This document shows, in pieces, positions 56,942 through 64,000 of a DNA stretch of 64,000 bases (the stretch's first letter is position 1; each line of letters begins with the position of its first letter). This stretch comes from Candidatus Omnitrophota bacterium (GTDB taxonomy: Bacteria > Omnitrophota > Gorgyraeia > Duberdicusellales > 4484-171). The translations under genes were made by a program, and so were the position numbers. The DNA is taken from the NCBI GenBank assembly GCA_021735655.1, contig JAIPGM010000005.1:32001-96000 (forward strand). The letters run 5' to 3'. The notes below the pieces were generated by a model. The model had not been told where the DNA came from and did no database searches. It saw only the letters and a program-made list of their open reading frames with translations.

Positions 56942-57798
56942 AAAAAATATTTTTTATTCTTATTCTTTTAATATTCTTCTCCCTGCCATTGTTTGCTTTG
57001 GACTGGATAAATCTCCACCAACAGGCCTCGACTCAAACTCTGAGTAAAAATCCTCAATCTGAAAACGAACTATACATCCAGGGATTGGTTTATCTAAACG
57101 AACATAAAGACAATGAAGCTAAAGAGGTCTTCGACAAGCTTATTTCCCAAAACAACAACCTCTTTGAAGCCCGCTGGGGCCTAGCTGAAGTCTTGCGGCG
57201 TAAAAAAGCCTTAAAACAAAGCCAGGAAATACTTGATCAAATAATCCAAACTAATCCCGGTTTCTCACCGGCCTACATAACTCTTGCCTATATAAAGTAT
57301 ACCCAAACTAAATTCAATGAAGCCGCAAAACTGGCTTTAAAAGTCATAAAACAAGGCCCTGAGGCATCCGATATTGATAACTTTAGCCGGGCTTACCTTA
57401 TTTTTGCCGGCTCCAAAGGCTTAATCGCTTCAAAGGGCGGACCGCTCTCAAAACTGATAAATGGAACTCAGGTATTACCGAACTTAAAACGGGCTGAAAA
57501 GCTACGGCCGGACGCTCCGGAAGTCTTATTTGGCCTAGGCAACTTTTATTTCTTGGCCCCTGGTATTGCCGGCGGTAATCTGGACAAAGCCCAAGACTAT
57601 TTGAAACGCTGTCTTAAAAAAGATCCCTCGTTTGCCGATGCCTATGTAAGGCTGGCTCAAGTATATAAAGCCAAAAACAATGCCGAACAGTATGAGCTCT
57701 ATCTTAAAAAAGCAAAAGCCATTGATCCGCTTAACGAACTGCTCAACGATGAGCTCTCGGGAGAATGTAAGTTTAATTGCCAGACAGTAGAAGAATAA
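56938..57798 (+). CDS. Secreted TPR-like repeat protein
   Basis: Signal peptide MKKIFFILILLIFFSLPLFA followed by TPR-like helices. Confidence 0.55.
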   Translation: MKKIFFILILLIFFSLPLFALDWINLHQQASTQTLSKNPQSENELYIQGLVYLNEHKDNEAKEVFDKLISQNNNLFEARWGLAEVLRRKKALKQSQEILDQIIQTNPGFSPAYITLAYIKYTQTKFNEAAKLALKVIKQGPEASDIDNFSRAYLIFAGSKGLIASKGGPLSKLINGTQVLPNLKRAEKLRPDAPEVLFGLGNFYFLAPGIAGGNLDKAQDYLKRCLKKDPSFADAYVRLAQVYKAKNNAEQYELYLKKAKAIDPLNELLNDELSGECKFNCQTVEE

Positions 57799-57808
57799 AC
57801 CCGGTGGT

Positions 57809-58849
57809 TTAAGACTTTAGCAGTTTTTCCGGATATTTAATTAAAAAATCCTTATAGTTGCCGCTGATCGAAGACGAGTTTATCAAAGCTTGTGATCTTT
57901 TAACCAAAGAATTAATTTCTCTCTCAGCATAATCCAAGGCTCCGGATTCAGTAATAATCCGACGCACCTTTACCAAATCGTTTTGGCTTACCTTACTTTT
58001 AGCCAATAATCTTTTTATCGACATCCTAACAGCTTTGCTGCTATTCTGATAAGCTTGCCAGATAAGCAGGGTCTTTTTTGACTCCTGTAGATCAGAAAGG
58101 GTTGATTTACCGATTTTCTGCTCATCGCCAAACATACCTAAAATGTCATCTCGTATCTGAAAAGCCCTTCCCAAAAATATTCCAAACTTAAATAGTTTAT
58201 CGATTTCTTTTTTAGGGGCTCCGGCTAATATCGCACCGCTAGCTAAAGGCGTAGAAAAAGTATAACAAGCAGTCTTATAATCATATATCCGATAAATATT
58301 GTCTTTAGTTATCTTTTCAATCGAATCTATTCCACCCAAAAGCTCAATAAACTCTCCTGAACCAGTGTAGATAGCCGCCTCGATAAATTTTTTTAAAGCC
58401 TTTTCCTTGCGTTCCGGGTCCTCTCTTATCGCCAGAAAAGCTTTTATAGCAATAGCATACATTACATCACCGATAACTATACTTAAATCTTGACCGCTAA
58501 ATTTAACCTTCTTATAGTTTTTTAAATATTTATCCAATAATTTATGCATTGAAGGCTTACCACGACGAGTATCAGACTTATCAATTATATCGTCATGGAC
58601 AAGCATGAAATCATGCATCAGCTCTATAGCCAAAGCACTGCGGTATAATCCGGCAGGTAATTTCTTACTAAATCCCGAATAGCCGACCACAAAAAGTATC
58701 GGCCTGATCCGTTTTCCTTTACGCAGGATAAAATCTTTGATTGATTTAAACAGCAGCGGTGAGATTTTGCTCAAAGAATAGGTTTTATCTATATCGGTAG
58801 CGAACTTTTTAAGCTCAAGCTCAACTTTCTTTTTTATTTTATCAGGCAT
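57809..58849 (-). CDS. Polyprenyl diphosphate synthase (trans-IPPS family, GGPP/FPP synthase-like)
   Basis: First Asp-rich motif LVHDDIIDKSDTRRG and second Asp-rich motif FQIRDDILGMFGD. Confidence 0.8.
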   Translation of the reverse strand: MPDKIKKKVELELKKFATDIDKTYSLSKISPLLFKSIKDFILRKGKRIRPILFVVGYSGFSKKLPAGLYRSALAIELMHDFMLVHDDIIDKSDTRRGKPSMHKLLDKYLKNYKKVKFSGQDLSIVIGDVMYAIAIKAFLAIREDPERKEKALKKFIEAAIYTGSGEFIELLGGIDSIEKITKDNIYRIYDYKTACYTFSTPLASGAILAGAPKKEIDKLFKFGIFLGRAFQIRDDILGMFGDEQKIGKSTLSDLQESKKTLLIWQAYQNSSKAVRMSIKRLLAKSKVSQNDLVKVRRIITESGALDYAEREINSLVKRSQALINSSSISGNYKDFLIKYPEKLLKS

Positions 58850-58871
58850 TTATTTATGCTACCATATAAAC

Positions 58872-59768
58872 ATGGGCAGTTCAAATATTAAAAACTATAC
58901 AAGAGCCTTAAGGCTTCCCTTTGTCACTGCTAGCCTATTTCCTTTTATTTTCGGATCATTATTGAGCTTCTCCTCCTGGCTAAACTTTATTCTCGGCTTA
59001 ACTTGCGCTATCGCCACTCACCTAGGAGCCAATCTAATCAATGACTATGCCGACTCAAAATCCGGAGCTGACTGGCAAGATACAAAGTTTTACCGCTTTT
59101 TCGGCGGCTCTAAATTAATTCAGGAAGGAGTCTTTTCGGAAAAGTTTTACCTAAAAAATGCGATTTTTGCTTTTTTACTGGCCTTAGCCTGTGTTCTGAT
59201 TCTAGCAGCACGATTTAAAAATTTATCAGTGTTAGGTTATTATTTATTTATCTTGTTTTTGGGCTTTTCCTATTCCCATAAACCGCTTAAATTTTCTTAC
59301 CACCGCCTCGGTGAATTGATTATTTTTCTTCTTTTCGGACCGGCTCTGGTCATGGGTGCTTTATTTATCCAAACCCAACATTTTCCTACCTTGCAAGGTT
59401 TTCTGCTTTCAATACCCTTAGGAATATTTACCACGGCGATTCTTTTTGCCAATGAAATACCTGATTATCTAGATGACCGAAAAGCTAATAAATTTACTTT
59501 AGTCAGCTTGTTCGGACCGAAAAAATCATATATATTTTATTATCTTCTCTTGCTCGTGGGCTTTTCCTCAATAATTATTAATGTTATCCTAGGCTATCTG
59601 GACTGGCCGGCGCTTTTGGCTCTTGCCTTAGCCTTACTTGGTTATAAAGCCGGCAAAATATTAAAAGAAAACTACGCCGACAAAACAAAACTAATAAATT
59701 CGGCTAAAATGACCATAGCTTTACATAGCCTGGTAAGTATAATTTTAATTTTAAGTCTGATCTTATGA
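58872..59768 (+). CDS. UbiA-family prenyltransferase (lycopene-elongase- or MenA-like)
   Basis: NDYADSKSGAD and DYLDDRKAN Asp-rich motifs. About 8-9 TM helices. Confidence 0.75.
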   Translation: MGSSNIKNYTRALRLPFVTASLFPFIFGSLLSFSSWLNFILGLTCAIATHLGANLINDYADSKSGADWQDTKFYRFFGGSKLIQEGVFSEKFYLKNAIFAFLLALACVLILAARFKNLSVLGYYLFILFLGFSYSHKPLKFSYHRLGELIIFLLFGPALVMGALFIQTQHFPTLQGFLLSIPLGIFTTAILFANEIPDYLDDRKANKFTLVSLFGPKKSYIFYYLLLLVGFSSIIINVILGYLDWPALLALALALLGYKAGKILKENYADKTKLINSAKMTIALHSLVSIILILSLIL

Positions 59769-60832
59769 AAAAAATTGTTATTGTCGGTGGTGGCTTTGCC
59801 GGAATTTCAGCCGTAAAAACCCTGGCTAAATCTAAACTGGAATTAGTTCTTATCGATAAAAAGCAAAGTTGGGATTTTCTACCCTGCCTTCCCGATATCC
59901 TCAGCCAAAAAATAAATCCTGTATTTCTTACCGTAAATTTAGCTGATTTTATTAAAAAACTTGGCGGTAAATTTATCAATCAAGAAGTAAAATCGGTAGA
60001 TTTGGCTCAAAAGAATCTTAAGCTAGATTCTCAAGACCTAAGCTATGACTATCTGCTTCTTTGTAGCGGAACTAAAACTAATTTTTTCGGTAACTCGGAG
60101 ATGAAAAGACAGGCACTAAAACTAGACTCAATAGCAGACGCCGAGCTTATCCTTAGCCGCCTAGAAAAAGATGACTTTGATAAAATAGTCGTTATCGGTG
60201 GTGGTTATACCGGAATTGAAATTGCCACTAACCTGCGACAGCGTCAGGCTAAACCGATCAGCATTATCGAAAAATCACCCAACCTGCTCGGTACTCTGCC
60301 TCAATGGATGAAAGATTACGTTAAAGCTAATCTTGATAGATTAAATATTGAAGTCCTGGCTTCTTCTGAAATCAGCCAGATTCCCAAAAGAACTTTGCTG
60401 ATCTGGTCAGCCGGAGTAAAATCAGACGACTACATCTTTAACTTAAAACAAAACAAAACTCCCCAGGGAAGATTAAAGGTGGATAAATACTTAAAAATAA
60501 CCGACAACTGCTTTGTGGCCGGCGACATAGCTAACTTTGATTATCGCAGCCGGCCCTTAAGAATGTCTATACAATTTGCTATTACTCAAGGCAGACTAGC
60601 TGCAAGAAATATCATAAACAGCATCAAAGGCAAACCTCTAACCGAATACAAACCTAAGGATTTAGGCTATGTTATACCCATGCCCAACAACAAATCCTGC
60701 GGTTTAGTCTTGGGCTTGAGAGTAAAAAGCCGCTTAGCCACTTTTCTCCACTATTTTATGTGTATTTTTCGCTCGGAAAGTTTTAAAAATAAGCTGGGAA
60801 TAATTAAAAATCTTATAAAAGGAGGTGCCTGA
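59765..60832 (+). CDS. NAD(P)/FAD-dependent oxidoreductase (type II NADH dehydrogenase / SQR-like fold)
   Basis: Two GxGxxG motifs (IVGGGFAGISA and VIGGGYTGIEIA). 4-nt overlap with the UbiA gene. Confidence 0.7.
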   Translation: MKKIVIVGGGFAGISAVKTLAKSKLELVLIDKKQSWDFLPCLPDILSQKINPVFLTVNLADFIKKLGGKFINQEVKSVDLAQKNLKLDSQDLSYDYLLLCSGTKTNFFGNSEMKRQALKLDSIADAELILSRLEKDDFDKIVVIGGGYTGIEIATNLRQRQAKPISIIEKSPNLLGTLPQWMKDYVKANLDRLNIEVLASSEISQIPKRTLLIWSAGVKSDDYIFNLKQNKTPQGRLKVDKYLKITDNCFVAGDIANFDYRSRPLRMSIQFAITQGRLAARNIINSIKGKPLTEYKPKDLGYVIPMPNNKSCGLVLGLRVKSRLATFLHYFMCIFRSESFKNKLGIIKNLIKGGA

Positions 60833-61245
60833 TGAAAAGCTATGCGACTCTGCCTCTGCGCCTGGCTCTTGGAGCAGTGTTTATTTTTCACGGCCTACAA
60901 AAAGCCTTTGGGCTATTTGGCGGACCAGGAATAAAAGGTTTCTCAGGAATGCTTGCTGGACTAGGCTTTCCTTTTTCGGAAATCATGGCAATTCTAGTTG
61001 CCTACGTTGAGCTAATCGCCGGAATCCTTTTAGTTTTGGGGGTTCTAACAAGAATCTCTTCTCTATCACTTTTAATAATTATGATAGTTGCCCTGCTTAA
61101 AGTCCATCTAGCTAAAGGTTTTTCGATTATGAACGGTGGTTATGAATATGATCTGGTTCTAATTTTGATTTGTCTTTCGCTAATCATCTCCGGAGGCGGA
61201 AAATTAAGTTTAGGCCAAAAACTAAATAAATTAAAAAATCTTTAA
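60832..61245 (+). CDS. DoxX-family membrane protein
   Basis: LRLALGAVFIFHGLQKAFGLFGG N-terminus typical of DoxX. Four TM helices. The start overlaps the upstream stop. Confidence 0.7.
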   Translation: MKSYATLPLRLALGAVFIFHGLQKAFGLFGGPGIKGFSGMLAGLGFPFSEIMAILVAYVELIAGILLVLGVLTRISSLSLLIIMIVALLKVHLAKGFSIMNGGYEYDLVLILICLSLIISGGGKLSLGQKLNKLKNL

Positions 61246-61262
61246 AATAAAGTTACAATAAG

Positions 61263-61592
61263 TTAAATCTTACAGCCACAATTTTTTCTTTTTAATATCT
61301 TTACCTGCTCTTTATAGGAATCTATAAATATACACTGCTTTTTTGAGCCGGTAGCTAATTTTCTATCAAGGTCGCTCTTATGCCTATATCCTCTATTGGC
61401 CATCTCCGCAACAAGTTTATTGTGCCGCAAATATAACGAAGCCAATTTACACTTCCATCTAAGCGTCTCCGGATGCCGAGAGTATCCTTTTTTATTCTTA
61501 GTTAGAATAGACCAAATAGCATGTAATTCCCTATGCTCACCTAGAAGATGATTGCGACAAAGTTTTTTTGGAGGTATATCCCAAATTCTCAT
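61263..61592 (-). CDS. Pyrimidine-dimer DNA glycosylase (T4 endonuclease V / DenV family)
   Basis: 109 aa. The N-terminal motif DIPPKKLCRNHLLGEHRELHAIW parallels the T4 endoV LADQHLMAEYREL region. Confidence 0.55.
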   Translation of the reverse strand: MRIWDIPPKKLCRNHLLGEHRELHAIWSILTKNKKGYSRHPETLRWKCKLASLYLRHNKLVAEMANRGYRHKSDLDRKLATGSKKQCIFIDSYKEQVKILKRKNCGCKI

Positions 61593-61721
61593 AATTAAAA
61601 GCTTGATTCTTCACAGCCTTTTCTGCTATTTCTACCGCCATTACCCGCCAACAACAAAAACAAAAAAGCAACCCTAGGTAGAGAGCAGTAAAAAAGTTTA
61701 AGATATTTTGTTGCGAAATAA

Positions 61722-63470
61722 TTAAAAACTAACTTTGTAAGTAACCGATCCGCCAAGTTCGTAAAAGTCTTCTTTAAGCTGAGTTTCTAAATCAACCAAA
61801 AGAGTGGTATTTTTCTTGTTGAAGAATTCAAAACGGGAACCGACATTAAAGCTTGAGGGTGCCGGTCGGTAGCCTGAAGTTTCAAAAGAAGCCCCACCGC
61901 CCTCAAAACTGGCTAAAGACTGCTGTTTTTCATTCACCACACTGTAGAAATAACGAAAACGAAGCTCGGGAGTGAACAGCATCTTCTCGCTCTCAAAAAC
62001 CTTACTCAACCTAAGACCTCCGCCCAGCTGTAAAGTTTGGTAATTCTGAGACTCAACGCTGAGATTCAGCGCTCCGGCTCCAGTCTCAGTATAATCATCG
62101 AGCTCGAGATTAGTGTAGCTTAAAGCTAAAAGCGGAATGATCTCGAAATTCTTCTTTTTCAACTTATAGCCGCCTTCCAGGTAAGCTGAGAGCTGCTGGC
62201 CATCGTAATCAGCATTAGCCGTCCTTTCGATAGAACCGACAGTTACCTTTCTCGAATTATTATATTCACTGTAGCCGTAAGTCAGCACTGCATCAAACAG
62301 ATAAGGCTTATCCGGATGGCTATATTCTCCGTAAAGGCCGGTCTGATAACTTGTTATCCGAGTGCGCTCTTCGTTATCTTTTGACCTGATCTTACCTTCG
62401 CTAAACCCTTGGTCTATACCCAAGCGTAAAGAATTATTCAAAAACCCGTGGTCAAAGCCGATAACATTACCCCAAAGCTTAGCCCGGTAACCCTTACTTG
62501 CACCACGCTCACCCTGCCGGGCATAGCCACCATAAGACTGAAACCAGATATCGTTATTAAAAGAATCCTCTAATGAGTCTTCCTCAAGGCTATCTTCCTC
62601 GATCTTTGAATCTTGTAAACGCAATACCGTGGTCCTGACAAATTTATCCAGGGAACCGTTTGAGGTATTGATTACTCCCCTGTTAGCAGAAAGGCCCATG
62701 TCGTTCTCGGCCGAAGCTACGCCACCACCAGATAAAGCTTCGAGAGTATTAAGAATCGTGGTCATGTCCGAAGAAGGATTGCTTATATTATCGAGAACCC
62801 GACCGACAGCAGCTGAATTAGAGCTGGAAGCCTGGCTTTCAAACCCAGAGGTTGACCGGTCAGCAGTTAAAACCAAGTTGCCTCCGGAATTTGACGCGCT
62901 AAATGACACCCGAGAGTTACTTGAGGTAACTGTAGTCGGAGCATTCCCTATTCCTGAACCATTAGTATCGATAATAGTAAAGGTTGCATTTGACGGTATA
63001 TAGATATCATTGCTAACTGTAACCGCCACTGTACTTGCTGTATTTACCACTGCTGCGGCACCAGAAGTTATCCTGCCTGAGGTTGAAGGCGTATCAACGG
63101 TCAGGTTAAGGGTAGTCCCTGATCCTTGAGTATAAATGCCGGTACCGCCAAGAGTAAGAGTATTGGCTCCCAAGCCCAAACTGCCGGCATTATCTAAAGT
63201 AAGGTTTCCGGTAATTGTGCGGCTGCCAGTAAGATTTAAAGTTCCGCCGTCTCCTGCCGAATCTACAGTAGTAGTTACGGCCGCCAGGTTATGCCCTAGA
63301 AAAAGTGTACCCTCCCCGGGCAGACGTCTGACTGCGGCTCGATTCGCTATGAATTCCGCATAGAAGTCACCAGACCCAGCAAAAATCACGCCAGAATACG
63401 CCTGATTCCGACGGATTCCGAGGATCCGAAACAAAGCCCTGCCTTTGCCCTTGAAGCTCAAGGGTGCCAA
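61722..63470 (-). CDS. Autotransporter (passenger with Gly/Thr/Ser-rich beta-helix repeats plus C-terminal beta-barrel translocator); apparently missing its signal peptide
   Basis: C-terminal roughly 280 aa is a typical autotransporter beta-domain ending ...YKVSF. The ORF begins at a TTG directly after an in-frame stop with no signal peptide. GC is about 45 % versus about 37 % for neighbouring genes. Confidence 0.7.
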   Translation of the reverse strand: MAPLSFKGKGRALFRILGIRRNQAYSGVIFAGSGDFYAEFIANRAAVRRLPGEGTLFLGHNLAAVTTTVDSAGDGGTLNLTGSRTITGNLTLDNAGSLGLGANTLTLGGTGIYTQGSGTTLNLTVDTPSTSGRITSGAAAVVNTASTVAVTVSNDIYIPSNATFTIIDTNGSGIGNAPTTVTSSNSRVSFSASNSGGNLVLTADRSTSGFESQASSSNSAAVGRVLDNISNPSSDMTTILNTLEALSGGGVASAENDMGLSANRGVINTSNGSLDKFVRTTVLRLQDSKIEEDSLEEDSLEDSFNNDIWFQSYGGYARQGERGASKGYRAKLWGNVIGFDHGFLNNSLRLGIDQGFSEGKIRSKDNEERTRITSYQTGLYGEYSHPDKPYLFDAVLTYGYSEYNNSRKVTVGSIERTANADYDGQQLSAYLEGGYKLKKKNFEIIPLLALSYTNLELDDYTETGAGALNLSVESQNYQTLQLGGGLRLSKVFESEKMLFTPELRFRYFYSVVNEKQQSLASFEGGGASFETSGYRPAPSSFNVGSRFEFFNKKNTTLLVDLETQLKEDFYELGGSVTYKVSF

Positions 63471-63659
63471 AATAGCCTTAAATACGCCTTAAAATAATGA
63501 GAATTTTTGAGGGGTTTTATGCCCAGAAAGGGCTATATGCTGTTTAGCGGGGTGCAGTTAATATGCGACCGGTTTTTAAGGTAGGAAAAGTCGCCTAACT
63601 TGTTGTAGAATGGACACTTACTCAAAACAACACTTTTTGCCATGAAAGGAGCTTTTGTA

Positions 63660-64000
63660 TCATGAACCACACCCAATCTTATACCATAAACGGCTGTATA
63701 TTCCAAGAGTTTTTACTGCTTCTGGGCAGGGTTGTCCACAGTGACCTGATCCGGCAGATGGAGTACCTGAAAGTGGAGAATGAGGTTCTGCGGACCAAAT
63801 GCCCGAAACGGATAACCACAAGCCCGGCCGAGAAACGTAAGCTCATCAAATACGGCCTTGCCTGCAGGGGCAGAATAAAAGGCATTATATCCATCGTAAG
63901 CTATTCTACCTTCAGGCGCTGGGTAAATGGCGATATCCGCAATAAATATAAGCCTTCCAAGCAAGGCACGCCCAGAAAGACCACACAGGAAATAATAGAC
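63660..64000 (+). mobile_element. 5' part of an IS transposase gene (HTH region of an rve/DDE-type transposase), runs off the window edge
   Basis: ATG at 63660 with a GAAAGGAG RBS. My own translation is MNHTQSYTINGCIFQEFLLLLGRVVHSDLIRQMEYLKVENEVLRTKCPKRITTSPAEKRKLIKYGLACRGRIKGIISIVSYSTFRRWVNGDIRNKYKP.... The LRxENxxLR-type N-terminus resembles IS transposases. Local GC is about 50 %. Confidence 0.5.

Noticed and set aside
59704-59979. 91-aa minus-strand ORF spanning the UbiA/flavoprotein junction, and 60825..61010 plus-strand ORF overlapping the DoxX start
   Set aside because: They overlap well-supported coupled genes and have no RBS or motifs.
62629-63363. Plus-strand ORFs (124 aa, 75 aa) antisense to the autotransporter passenger
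   Set aside because: They are Pro/Ala/Val-rich antisense translations of a GC-richer repetitive coding region, which is a typical artefact.
63314-63440. Cluster of 6-bp restriction-type palindromes (CCCGGG, GACGTC, GAATTC, GGATCC) that looked polylinker-like
   Set aside because: With 64 possible palindromic hexamers, about two are expected by chance in 130 bp, so four is unremarkable. The region is coding sequence of the autotransporter N-terminus.
63679-63964. Two minus-strand ORFs (71 and 83 aa) at the window end
   Set aside because: They are antisense to the transposase reading frame, which has an RBS and recognisable transposase-like N-terminus.
1-64000. Search for CRISPR arrays, tRNA or rRNA genes
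   Set aside because: No series of regularly spaced direct repeats was seen. No cloverleaf-like GC-rich 70-90-nt segments were seen in intergenic regions. No rRNA-like conserved stretches were seen.

Overview
This 64 kb window looks like one contiguous chromosomal stretch of a low-GC (about 36-38 %), diderm, probably uncultivated bacterium. No rRNA, tRNA or CRISPR array was found. Genes are densely packed and almost all of 1..43.8 kb is on the minus strand. Main blocks in order (all calls are by eye from motifs, no searches run):

- **Type IV pilus operon (1..6864).** pilB, pilC, a canonical major pilin pilA, three minor-pilin-like genes and pilM, which runs off the 5' edge.
- **Signal-transduction cluster (6885..16503).** GAF histidine kinase, three tandem CheY-like receiver-only proteins, a 1175-aa hybrid kinase with a C-terminal degenerate GGDEF-like domain, a predicted outer-membrane barrel, and a second kinase with a periplasmic binding protein.
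- **rex-serC-serA operon (16513..19583).** Two Rex-box-like operators sit upstream.
- **Central-metabolism run (19605..28931).** beta-CASP MBL RNase, cyclophilin, thiolase, a stand-alone phosphotransacetylase N-domain-like protein, isocitrate dehydrogenase, AsnB and a DEAD-box helicase.
- **Putative glycan-phosphorylase operon (29649..35224).** Cupin, two tandemly duplicated double-domain GH130-like proteins and an HI0933-family flavoprotein.
- **Mixed block (35537..43768).** MATE efflux pump, transglutaminase-like plus DUF350 pair, TPR protein, a Pif1-like helicase with a DUF3102-like partner, and a second DEAD-box helicase.
- **Efflux pair (43922..48453).** AcrB-type RND pump plus TolC-like outer-membrane protein, with no membrane-fusion protein between or beside them.
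- **Most unusual locus (48602..52854).** A DUF134 regulator preceded by a perfect 30-bp palindrome, then an unannotated 46-aa Cys/Lys-rich ORF translationally coupled at both ends, then a DUF318 (ArsP-like) CSCS-motif permease, a periplasmic thioredoxin-like protein and CcdA. Upstream on the same strand are an MBL-rhodanese-membrane-anchor fusion and a 49-aa secreted Gly/Pro-rich peptide gene.
- **Carotenoid/isoprenoid cluster (53133..61245).** CrtI-like desaturase, IspH, phytoene/squalene synthase, two lycopene-cyclase-domain mini-proteins, polyprenyl synthase, UbiA prenyltransferase, NDH-2-like oxidoreductase and DoxX.
- **Window end (61263..64000).** T4-endonuclease-V-like pyrimidine-dimer glycosylase, a higher-GC autotransporter that lacks a signal peptide, and the 5' part of a GC-rich transposase.

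All functions below are inferred by eye from motifs and my own translations. No database searches or computations were run.
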